A DNA stretch of 64,000 nucleotides, taken from assembly GCA_963711735.1 (NCBI GenBank), contig CAVQFA010000003.1, positions 210,971 through 274,970 of the forward strand, read 5' to 3'. Position numbers and translations under genes: made by a program. Below the pieces are notes generated by a model, which ran no database searches, was not told where the DNA came from, and was given only the letters and a program-made list of their open reading frames with translations. Shown piece by piece: positions 48,653 to 57,461 of this stretch (position 1 is the stretch's first letter; each line of letters opens with the position of its first letter). Source of the stretch: Candidatus Gottesmanbacteria bacterium (GTDB taxonomy: Bacteria; Patescibacteriota; Microgenomatia; UBA10105; UBA927).

Positions 48653-49702
48653 TTACAGAATGAGCATGGCGTCCCCGAAACTGTAGAAACGGTATCTCTT
48701 TTTTATTGCTTCCCCGTATGCACGAAGTACATTTTCCCGTCCGACATATGCTGAAACGAGAACGATGAGTGATGATTTAGGGAGATGGAAATTCGTGAGC
48801 ATTCCGTCAATTACCCGGAATGTGAATCCCGGAGTTATGTATGTGTTTATGTAACCGTCAAACACCTTTACACGTCCGTAGTTTTGTAACGCAACTCCTT
48901 CGAGTGTCCGCACGCTTGTTGTTCCGATTGCAATCACACGTCTGTTTTCGTGTTTCGCTTTATGTATTTCGTCCGCAGCTCCGTTTGAAATCGAAACCCA
49001 TTCGCTATGAAGCGTATGCCCGTCAATGTTTTGAGTTTTAATCGGCAGAAATGTTCCGAGTCCGACGTGGAGCGTAATTTCAACAATGTGCACGCCAAGA
49101 CGTGTCAGTTGTTTCCGGATGTTTGCCGTGAGATGAAATCCTGCAGTAGGTGCAGCAACCGATCCGACGATTTTTGCGTATGACGTTTGGTATAATTTTT
49201 CATCCGGTTCACTCTTGATATACGGAGGTACCGGCACATGACCATAACGGTTTGCAAGCGTGATTACATCGTCCCTCCCCATGTCAAATGTTGCATATGC
49301 GGTACCGTCAGGATGAGATTCTCTGATGCGTGCCTGAAAAGTGTCTGATATCCTGACGCACACACCTTTTTTCAGTTTTTTACCGGGTTTACCTAAAACC
49401 AGCCATGTATCTTTATCAACAGGGCGGACAAGAAATAGTTCAACATGTTTATTTTGCGGAGACGGTACGTCAATAGTCCCGAATAAACGCGCTTTAAATA
49501 CTTTGGTATTATTAAGGACAATACAATCACCTGATTTAAAAAACGACGGGAGATCGGAAACGTGAGCATGACGGATTTTACCGGTTGATTTCGAATACAC
49601 CAATAATCTGGCTGATTCCCGCGGGATTGCCGGAATCTGGGCAATACTATCAACAGGTAAATCATAATCAAACAGTGATACGGGTGTGCTCATGAAGTGC
49701 AT
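48653..49702 (-). CDS. queA: S-adenosylmethionine:tRNA ribosyltransferase-isomerase QueA
   Basis: 349 aa; FDYDLP...IAQ.P...R..SRLLV and conserved core, typical QueA. Confidence 0.85.
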   Translation of the reverse strand: MHFMSTPVSLFDYDLPVDSIAQIPAIPRESARLLVYSKSTGKIRHAHVSDLPSFFKSGDCIVLNNTKVFKARLFGTIDVPSPQNKHVELFLVRPVDKDTWLVLGKPGKKLKKGVCVRISDTFQARIRESHPDGTAYATFDMGRDDVITLANRYGHVPVPPYIKSEPDEKLYQTSYAKIVGSVAAPTAGFHLTANIRKQLTRLGVHIVEITLHVGLGTFLPIKTQNIDGHTLHSEWVSISNGAADEIHKAKHENRRVIAIGTTSVRTLEGVALQNYGRVKVFDGYINTYITPGFTFRVIDGMLTNFHLPKSSLIVLVSAYVGRENVLRAYGEAIKKRYRFYSFGDAMLIL

Positions 49703-49781
49703 TATACCCTAGTTTTTATCAATTACAGTGTCATATTTTACTCAAAGACAGACCGGGTATTGTATCTGTATAATTAACCGT

Positions 49782-50525
49782 ATGAATGAATTATCTGCAA
49801 TTGTCCTATCAACCTTTATCGTAAGCCTGGGTTCTCTGGTGGGAATTGTTACTGTTGCCGTCAATACGGAAAAACTCAATAAAATACTGTTGTTTCTCGT
49901 TTCACTGTCAACGGGTGCGATGCTGGGAGGTGCGTTTTTCCATCTTTTACCGGAAGCATCGGAGATGTTGAAAGGGGATATGCTGTATGGGATAGTATTG
50001 TTTGCCTTTGTCCTTTTTTTCTTCATCGAAAAATTATTTCACTGGAGGCATTGTCATAAAGGAGAATGTGACGTGCACACATTCGGAGTTATGAATCTTG
50101 TGGGTGATTCAATCCATAACTTTGTTGACGGACTTATTCTGGCTGCGGCTTATTTGACAGATTTTCGTCTCGGACTTGTCACAACCCTTGCAATCGGGTT
50201 TCATGAAATTCCGCAGGAAATAGGTGACTTTGGTGTTCTTCTGTATGCCGGGTACACTAAAAAGAAAGCAATGATTCTGAATTTTCTTGTTGCGCTTACA
50301 GCAGTTTTAGGAGGTATTGTCGGGTTTTTTGCATCAGAGTCGGTAAGCGGATTTACACCATACCTTCTTCCGTTTGCAGCCGGTGGATTTATTTATGTGG
50401 CAGCATCCGATATGATGCCGGAGATACGCAAGGAAAAAAGCCTGAAAAAATCACTGATTTCTTTCGGTATAGTCATTGCCGGAATTATCCTCATGCTGAT
50501 GCTTCGGTTAGTAGGCGGTGAGTAA
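49782..50525 (+). CDS. ZIP-family divalent metal transporter (ZupT-like)
   Basis: HNFVDGLILAAAY and GFHEIPQEIGDF signature. TATAAT at 49769-49774 ends 7 nt before the ATG; the ORF track starts it at 49728. Confidence 0.8.
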   Translation: MNELSAIVLSTFIVSLGSLVGIVTVAVNTEKLNKILLFLVSLSTGAMLGGAFFHLLPEASEMLKGDMLYGIVLFAFVLFFFIEKLFHWRHCHKGECDVHTFGVMNLVGDSIHNFVDGLILAAAYLTDFRLGLVTTLAIGFHEIPQEIGDFGVLLYAGYTKKKAMILNFLVALTAVLGGIVGFFASESVSGFTPYLLPFAAGGFIYVAASDMMPEIRKEKSLKKSLISFGIVIAGIILMLMLRLVGGE

Positions 50526-50544
50526 ACATTCTTACGCTATACTA

Positions 50545-51399
50545 CTATTTCGTGAATAACAGATTTGTATACGTATTTTTTTCACAGAAACGCAAAATTC
50601 CTTCAGGTGTTATAGATTCAAGCTGTTTATCCTTTTCGTTTATTCTGAGTATGCGAAACCCATTCTGTTTTACGGTACGTAAAAATCCGTGCGGGGAACA
50701 TCCGCCCGCGGAAATTGCATCCGGTGAAAATTCGCAAAAAATGGTAAGGTGCTGTATGTGCTTTATGAAATGAGTCATACCTTTAAACGCCAGAGACTCT
50801 GCTCCTTCCATATCCATTTTTATAATCTGAGGTGTACGGTTTATTTTCACAAAAGTATCAATGGTAACAGTAGGGACCGTAATTGTTTTCCATTCTTGGT
50901 TGGGCGGACAGAGTGTGTGATTTCCTTTATGTTCACCGCATACATAAAATTTTGCAGTACCGTTTTTCTTTGATACTGCCATAGGAACAACAACGATATT
51001 CGGTATATTGTTTGAAGTGATATTTTTTTGGAGCAACCGTACGTTTTCCGGTTCCGGTTCAAATGCATACACACGTCCGCGTGTACCTACGAGAGACGAA
51101 AACAAAACCGTATAGTATCCGATATTTGCACCGATGTCATAGATGCACATTCCCGGTTTTACCATGCGCTTTACGACACTTGTCTCATATGGCTCAAGCA
51201 GAGAATATTTCCAGAGTAAACCGGCAACGAGTCTATCCGGAGTCCGGACATACATTTTTGCACCATGAATATTAAGGGGAATGTCATGATTAAAAAATGT
51301 CAGACGGTTAATTTGCCGTGCAACCATACGGAAATATTGCGAACCCGCAAGACGTCTCAAAAGTACCTGTTCGATAACGGAAGAAAGCATGGGTTTCAT
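50545..51399 (-). CDS. FkbM-family methyltransferase
   Basis: 284 aa; IYDIGANIGYYTVLFS, the FkbM motif. Confidence 0.6.
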   Translation of the reverse strand: MKPMLSSVIEQVLLRRLAGSQYFRMVARQINRLTFFNHDIPLNIHGAKMYVRTPDRLVAGLLWKYSLLEPYETSVVKRMVKPGMCIYDIGANIGYYTVLFSSLVGTRGRVYAFEPEPENVRLLQKNITSNNIPNIVVVPMAVSKKNGTAKFYVCGEHKGNHTLCPPNQEWKTITVPTVTIDTFVKINRTPQIIKMDMEGAESLAFKGMTHFIKHIQHLTIFCEFSPDAISAGGCSPHGFLRTVKQNGFRILRINEKDKQLESITPEGILRFCEKNTYTNLLFTK

Positions 51400-51408
51400 T
51401 TAAATAAT

Positions 51409-52839
51409 TCAGGAAAACTTCATTCGCCGTATTGCAAACCAAATCATTTTCAGGCACTGCCATCCGTGATAAAACCTGCTGATATTCGTCGTACCATAGA
51501 CCCGCGGATAATACCTAAGAGGTATTTCTATTATTTTCAGATTGGCAAGCGTTGATCCGAATATAAGATCAAAATCACCGAACGGATCGACGTCGTTCCA
51601 TCTTTTGGATGACAAAAGAGAGTGTATTTTTTCATACTCTTTTCTGAATAATGCTTTGGTACCGCAGAGAGTATCGGATATATGCTGATTTAATATCCAC
51701 GTAAACATCACACTGAAGAATTTATTACCGATTTTATTGACAAACCTCATAGAATCTTTTTCAAGCGGATACACAAGACGGGTTCCCTGAACGAATTCTC
51801 CTTTGCCTGTACGGAGGGCAAGATATACCTTAACTAAGTCTTCGGGTGTTATGGAAAGGTCAGCATCCAAAATCATAAGGATGTCACCGTGTGCTTTAGT
51901 GAACCCCTTGAGAACAGCATCTTTTTTACCGATTCCCGAACCCTGATCTATACACCGTATATGTATGCGGTTTTTATACTTTCGCATGACCCTTTCTATC
52001 TCAGTTTTTGTGTTGTCTTCAGAGTGACCCTCGACAAAAATCAGTTCCGTTGAGGATCCGAGTTTAGGCATTCTGCGAACGATATCTTCGATCGTCCCTT
52101 CTTCATTTCTTGCGGGTATGATGACGGAAACTGAGTATTCCGCATCTGTCGATATATTAGGTTTTTGCCGGATAACAAAGGAATGCAACAGACAAAGAGA
52201 TCTCACTACCGGAAGTTTTGAAATATATGTATTTAATAATGGTGAAAGTACCGGAATATACAAAGGAAATAAGACATGAGAATCTTCTTTAATGATTTCA
52301 AAATCCGCAAGATCAAGCAGGTTTCTGATATCAACGGGAGTCAGCCAGTTTTGAGGAGGTTGCGGCATTTTTAATTTCAAAAATTGAAGAAACGTAAATA
52401 TCGGTTCCCACAGATAGTTGTAGTGGGATATGATAATGCGCGTTTGTCCGTTTGAAACTTTTTTCAATTCCTCAAAGGCCTGCTGCACGTCCTCAAAATC
52501 ACCGATTATATCCGACATGACTATATACTCAAACGGTTCATTGAGAGGCATTTGCTGCGCATCTCCTGTGATGAATGCGTATTTCGGATGGCGCATGCGG
52601 GCAATGCGGGTCATGTTGGAGGATATATCAATACCCACGCCATGTCTTGGTAATAAGCCGGATAAGAGATCACCGATACCGGAGCCGACAGCAAGAACAT
52701 TCGCTTTATCCGGAACTAACCGGCGGAACAAGCGGAGCACTTCTTTGTGGTAATACCGGTTTTTTTCTGTCCACCCTGCTCTTTCGGACGCCACACCGTC
52801 ATAGAACAATTTTATTGTTTGAGTTTTACCGGAGATCAT
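51409..52839 (-). CDS. bifunctional class I SAM-methyltransferase / family-2 glycosyltransferase fusion
   Basis: 476 aa; N-terminal VLAVGSGIGDL methyltransferase. C-terminal GT2: VSVIIPARNEEGTI ... DADLS (DxD). Confidence 0.65.
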   Translation of the reverse strand: MISGKTQTIKLFYDGVASERAGWTEKNRYYHKEVLRLFRRLVPDKANVLAVGSGIGDLLSGLLPRHGVGIDISSNMTRIARMRHPKYAFITGDAQQMPLNEPFEYIVMSDIIGDFEDVQQAFEELKKVSNGQTRIIISHYNYLWEPIFTFLQFLKLKMPQPPQNWLTPVDIRNLLDLADFEIIKEDSHVLFPLYIPVLSPLLNTYISKLPVVRSLCLLHSFVIRQKPNISTDAEYSVSVIIPARNEEGTIEDIVRRMPKLGSSTELIFVEGHSEDNTKTEIERVMRKYKNRIHIRCIDQGSGIGKKDAVLKGFTKAHGDILMILDADLSITPEDLVKVYLALRTGKGEFVQGTRLVYPLEKDSMRFVNKIGNKFFSVMFTWILNQHISDTLCGTKALFRKEYEKIHSLLSSKRWNDVDPFGDFDLIFGSTLANLKIIEIPLRYYPRVYGTTNISRFYHGWQCLKMIWFAIRRMKFS

Positions 52840-53777
52840 AGAGACTTGGCATGTTTTTCATACCATACTATAGTACGCCTGAGTCCTTCCCGGAAACTGA
52901 TAAGGGGCTGAAAATTAATTTCTTTCTTTATCTTTGATATATCCAGGATGCGGCGTGGTTGTCCGTTGGGTTTACCGGTATCCCATACGATTTTTCCGTG
53001 GTAACCCATGTATTTTGCTATTGTTTCGGTAAGATTTTTTATAGAAATTTCCTGACCGCTTCCTACGTTAATGGGATCCGGCTTATCATATAATTTTGTT
53101 GCCCGTACAATTGCACGTGCGGCATCCTCTGCATAGATAAATTCCCTTGTGGGTGTACCGTCACCCCAGATGGTAACGCTTGGAGCGTTGGATTGTCTTG
53201 CTTCATACATTTTTCTGATAATCGCCGGTATAACATGGGACTCTTCCGGATTAAAATTATCACCAGGTCCGTACAGATTTACAAGGAGAAGGTAAATGGA
53301 ATGAAAATTGAACTGCCGTCGATATGCTTCTGATCCGACAAGAAGAATTTTTTTGGCAAGACCATACGGCGCATTTGTTTCTTCGGGGTACCCAAGCCAA
53401 AAGTTTTCTTCTTTAAACGGGATAGGAGTATATTTAGGGTATCCGCAAATGGTGCCTATGATGACAAGTTTCCCGACCTTGGCTTTCATAGATTCATGTA
53501 GTACGTTTATGCCCATTTTCAGATTATCGTAGAAAAGTGTAGCCGGATATTTCAGATTTTTCCCGATACCTCCGACATTTCCTGCTGCATGAATGACGAT
53601 ATCCGCACCTTTCAAGAGTTTCCGACATGAAAGTTCACTCCGAAGGTCGCATGTTTTTGACCTCGGGATCACGATATCCTGTTTTTTTGCTCCTGAGCGG
53701 ATAAGTTCGAGAATAATGTATTTTCCGAGAAATCCGCCGCCGCCGGTGACAATAATGCGTTTCCCTTTAAGATTCAT
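52836..53777 (-). CDS. fcl: GDP-L-fucose synthase (GDP-4-keto-6-deoxy-D-mannose 3,5-epimerase/4-reductase)
   Basis: 313 aa; N-terminal GGGGFLG NAD(P) fold, YGLAK catalytic YxxxK, overall collinear with Fcl/WcaG. Confidence 0.8.
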   Translation of the reverse strand: MNLKGKRIIVTGGGGFLGKYIILELIRSGAKKQDIVIPRSKTCDLRSELSCRKLLKGADIVIHAAGNVGGIGKNLKYPATLFYDNLKMGINVLHESMKAKVGKLVIIGTICGYPKYTPIPFKEENFWLGYPEETNAPYGLAKKILLVGSEAYRRQFNFHSIYLLLVNLYGPGDNFNPEESHVIPAIIRKMYEARQSNAPSVTIWGDGTPTREFIYAEDAARAIVRATKLYDKPDPINVGSGQEISIKNLTETIAKYMGYHGKIVWDTGKPNGQPRRILDISKIKKEINFQPLISFREGLRRTIVWYEKHAKSL

Positions 53778-53849
53778 AGTTTGTAGTTGTGTATAGGCTG
53801 TATGTGTATCTCAAAAACGCTCATGAACAAAAGAGACGTTAATACCCAC

Positions 53850-54006
53850 GTAACTTGAATTTGTATCTCAAGTTACTCAGTATATACCCAACTAATCAGC
53901 TTTTTCACTTAAGAAAGTTGCAAACCTGAGTAAGTTGGGTATATGTGCTGGTAGTATAATACATCCAACATAAGGTTGGTAATACACATGGAAGTTGTGT
54001 ATTACC
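53850..54006. promoter_or_regulatory. structured divergent promoter region: 9-bp hairpin (53850-53876), interleaved inverted repeats (tatacccaact/agttgggtata, 53883-53943), -10 TATAAT (53955-53960) and perfect 11-bp hairpin (53978-54006) 10 nt before the AmmeMemoRadiSam rSAM start
   Basis: All repeats read directly from the sequence between the divergent fcl and radical-SAM genes. Confidence 0.3.
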
Positions 54007-54016
54007 GCCTTCTTCA

Positions 54017-55078
54017 ATGAAAAAAGCAATATTGTATAAAACTATAGAAAACAATACCGTCGGGTGTACAGCCTGCTCGTGGTACTGCAAAATAAAGGAC
54101 GGATCATTTGGTATCTGTAAAACCCGGACAAACAAAGCAGGCATTCTGTATTCTCTCGTTTACGGAAAAACTACCGGGCTTGCAATTGATCCGGTTGAAA
54201 AGAAACCTCTCTATCATTTTTTACCCGGAAGCAGATTTCTGTCTTTTGGGACAGTCGGATGTAATTTCGGGTGTCTGTTCTGCCAAAATGACTGGATGAC
54301 ACAGACGATTAAAGAAAAGTTTAAAAGCCATGGTTCTGAATTTACAATTGACAGATTAATTACGGAAATTGATGCCCATTCCAAAGCGATGCAACCGAAA
54401 GAAATAGTTGAAATTGCAATTCAAAACGGAGTAGATGGTATAGCATATACGTACAATGAGCCCGCCATATTTGCGGAATTTGCCCATGACACGGCAAAGT
54501 TAGCCAAAAAAAGAGGGCTGAAAAATATTTTTGTTTCCAACGGATACGAATCAAAGGAAACGTTTCTTTATATGAAAAATTATATAGACGCAATCAATAT
54601 TGATCTGAAAAGCAACAGACCCGAATTTTACCGAATCATATGCAAAGCAGATATTAAACCCGTGAAAGAGAACGTTGCGAGATGGTATAAAGAGGGAATA
54701 GAAACAGAAGTGACGACACTTATCATTCCCGGGCATAATGACAACGATGAAGAGCTAAGACAGATCGCTGAATTTCTCGTTTCCGTTTCTCCTCACATAC
54801 CATGGCATATATCAGCATTCCATCCGGCGTATAAAATGACGGATGTACCGCAAACTCCCTATAAAACACTTGAATCTGCTTATGCAACAGGAAAAAAGGC
54901 CGGTCTGCATTATGTATATGTAGGAAACGTTACGGATGACCGGTATTCGGATACAAAGTGTCCGACATGCGGCTCACTTCTTGTTGCACGAACCGGATAT
55001 AATACCGAGGTTATGAAATTGGATACACAAAATGCCGAGTGTAAAAATTGCAGGGAAAAAATATACGGTGTGTATTAA
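54017..55078 (+). CDS. AmmeMemoRadiSam system radical SAM enzyme
   Basis: 353 aa; N-terminal Cys cluster (CTACSWYC...CKTR) plus CNFGCLFCQNDW radical-SAM motif; collinear with the PFL-activase-like AmmeMemoSam_rS family. Confidence 0.75.
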   Translation: MKKAILYKTIENNTVGCTACSWYCKIKDGSFGICKTRTNKAGILYSLVYGKTTGLAIDPVEKKPLYHFLPGSRFLSFGTVGCNFGCLFCQNDWMTQTIKEKFKSHGSEFTIDRLITEIDAHSKAMQPKEIVEIAIQNGVDGIAYTYNEPAIFAEFAHDTAKLAKKRGLKNIFVSNGYESKETFLYMKNYIDAINIDLKSNRPEFYRIICKADIKPVKENVARWYKEGIETEVTTLIIPGHNDNDEELRQIAEFLVSVSPHIPWHISAFHPAYKMTDVPQTPYKTLESAYATGKKAGLHYVYVGNVTDDRYSDTKCPTCGSLLVARTGYNTEVMKLDTQNAECKNCREKIYGVY

Positions 55079-55089
55079 TTACTAGCACT

Positions 55090-55899
55090 ATGACTCATAC
55101 TCCACAAATCCGAAAACCGTCAGTTGCGGGAAGTTTTTATCCTGATATTCCGGACGAGCTTAACGGTATGTTGGAGACATTATTTACAAAAACCGGGAAC
55201 AAAACGAAAGGCAGAAAGGTGAAAGCGCTGATAGTTCCCCATGCAGGATATATCTATTCAGGACAAACGGCAGCCTGGGGGTATAAACAATTGCAGGTAA
55301 ACAATATTTACGAAACAAAAAAAGTCAGGCCGCATTTCGTACTCATAGGTCCGTCACATAATTATTATTTTAATAACATCGTTTCCAACAGTTTTGCATA
55401 TTGGGAAACACCGCTGGGAAAAATTACACACAGCATGACGGATACCCAAATGTTCCCGGCCAATAACGAAGCATTTATTCCGGAGCATTGTCTTGAAGTG
55501 CAGATACCGTTTTTGCAATACACCGTGAAAGATTTTTCGATTTCCTGTTTATTAACAGGAACAAACGTTAACAAAACAATCATTGCAGAGCAGCTCGCAC
55601 ACTATTATTCATCATCTGTTTTTATCATATCAACTGACCTTTCCCATTATCTGCCGGAGAGTGAAGCGCTCGTTATTGATAAAAAAACAATCAATGCTAT
55701 TCTCTCCGGAGACGGAGAATATTTTCAAACCTGCGATAACGCCGCTTGCGGGGGGAACGGAATCTGCATTCTTATGGAAATAGCAGAAAAAAATCAGTGG
55801 AAACCGGTGCTTCTGTATTACGATACATCGGCAACCGCTTCCGGAGACACGGAAAGAGCAGTAGGATACGCTGCGATAGTATATTTTGCAGATAACTAA
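55090..55899 (+). CDS. AmmeMemoRadiSam system protein B (MEMO1 family)
   Basis: Start at MTHTPQIRKP just after the rSAM stop; VAGSFYP...LIVPHAGYIYSGQTAAWGY...DLSHY typical MEMO1/AmmeMemoSam_B. Confidence 0.75.
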   Translation: MTHTPQIRKPSVAGSFYPDIPDELNGMLETLFTKTGNKTKGRKVKALIVPHAGYIYSGQTAAWGYKQLQVNNIYETKKVRPHFVLIGPSHNYYFNNIVSNSFAYWETPLGKITHSMTDTQMFPANNEAFIPEHCLEVQIPFLQYTVKDFSISCLLTGTNVNKTIIAEQLAHYYSSSVFIISTDLSHYLPESEALVIDKKTINAILSGDGEYFQTCDNAACGGNGICILMEIAEKNQWKPVLLYYDTSATASGDTERAVGYAAIVYFADN

Positions 55900-55902
55900 A
55901 CT

Positions 55903-56436
55903 ATGAAATCTAATGAAGATATTGCGCTTGAGACAATACGGAATTTTCTGATAAACGGCAATACTCCCGTCTACAGTGAATCGGATTTTGATGAAAAACA
56001 AAAAAGAAAAAAGGCGTGTTTTGTGACGGTATATGTGGACGGTAAATTGCGCGGATGTATCGGAAATGCCGAGCCTGTCGGTCCGTTATGGAAATCGATA
56101 ACGGAGAATGCGGTTGCGGCAATAACATCCGATACGCGTTTTGACCAAATTACCAAGGAGGAGTTAGCCCGTTTAACAGTGGAAGTATCGGTGTTGTCTC
56201 CGATGATGCCGTTTAAACCAAAAAATTCAAAAGAACTCCTCTGGTATCTTCAGAGTAAAAAACCCGGCCTGGTAATTCAGAAAGGTTATAACAGGGCATT
56301 GTTTCTGCCTCAAGTCTGGGAACAGTTACCGAATGCAAAAAATTTCCTGGCAAACCTTTGCTTCAAAGCCGGTCTCCCGGATGATGCCTGGAAAGAAAAC
56401 GGAATGCACTTTATGACATTTGTGAAAGAAGAATAG
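55903..56436 (+). CDS. AmmeMemoRadiSam system protein A (AMMECR1 domain)
   Basis: 177 aa; KKACFVTVYVDGKLRGCIGN AMMECR1 signature. Confidence 0.75.
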   Translation: MKSNEDIALETIRNFLINGNTPVYSESDFDEKQKRKKACFVTVYVDGKLRGCIGNAEPVGPLWKSITENAVAAITSDTRFDQITKEELARLTVEVSVLSPMMPFKPKNSKELLWYLQSKKPGLVIQKGYNRALFLPQVWEQLPNAKNFLANLCFKAGLPDDAWKENGMHFMTFVKEE

Positions 56437-56517
56437 TCATCTGATAATTATCCATGTACGTATAGATGTGTATATTTCTCCTCGTGAATAATTACTAATA
56501 CCCCGTATAATAAAGAT

Positions 56518-57459
56518 ATGCTTCTCTGGTTATCGATTTTTATTCTCTTTGTCATAATTCTTCTTATAGCAGCGGATATTTTTGTATCCACTACTGTCAG
56601 AATTTCTCACAGGCTCAGACTGTCGCCCCTGGTGATAGGAACGACGATTGTGGCAATCGGTACGTCTCTGCCTGAGCTTGCTGTTTCCGGTGTAGCCACG
56701 TTCCGCGGTGACAACGGGTTGGCAATCGGAAATATTATCGGATCAAATATTACCAATATATTTTTCATTCTGGCAGTGGGAATACTGATTGGTTCCATCA
56801 GGATCGGAACGACCAAAACCCAGAAAAATACATTGATTTTACTGATTGCTTCTATGTTGTTTTTTATCGTCGGGCGGATTTTACCGTATCCTATAACGGG
56901 TATTCTCATGGTTGGACTTGCGGTTTTTTTTACTTATGAAGAATACCGTTGGGGTGTAGAAGGAAGACTCCATGAAGATCATGCCCGCCTTTTGAAACGT
57001 CATATTGAACAACCAATGAATTTTATATTCTGGATTAAATTCACAGCATCTCTTTTGGGTATTATTGCCGGGGGAATTGCTGTTGTTTTTGCGAGTGAAC
57101 GTATATCCAGACTAAGCGGATTATCCATGACAATTTTAGGTCTCAGTCTGACAGCGCTAGCTACATCATTGCCTGAATTATTTACAACAATTGTCAGCAG
57201 CATAAAAAAAGAAGATAAAATGGTTATCGGTAATATACTCGGCAGTAACATTTATAATCTTCTGTTTATCGGCGGATTGGTGGATATAACCGCCGGCTCA
57301 TATGTCATAACCGCAAAAGAATGGTTCATCTTTATTGTTTCCTCTCTGTTTCTTCTTATCGTTGTTACATGCTGGCGCGGAAAAGTGGTCCCGAAATGGG
57401 CAGGATGTATATTACTGATTTTTTATATTCTGTATCTTTATATGATTAATTTGTCATAA
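56518..57459 (+). CDS. Ca2+/Na+ antiporter (CaCA/YrbG family)
   Basis: 313 aa; two alpha-repeats with GTSLPELAVS and ATSLPELFTT. Confidence 0.8.
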   Translation: MLLWLSIFILFVIILLIAADIFVSTTVRISHRLRLSPLVIGTTIVAIGTSLPELAVSGVATFRGDNGLAIGNIIGSNITNIFFILAVGILIGSIRIGTTKTQKNTLILLIASMLFFIVGRILPYPITGILMVGLAVFFTYEEYRWGVEGRLHEDHARLLKRHIEQPMNFIFWIKFTASLLGIIAGGIAVVFASERISRLSGLSMTILGLSLTALATSLPELFTTIVSSIKKEDKMVIGNILGSNIYNLLFIGGLVDITAGSYVITAKEWFIFIVSSLFLLIVVTCWRGKVVPKWAGCILLIFYILYLYMINLS

Positions 57460-57461
57460 TT

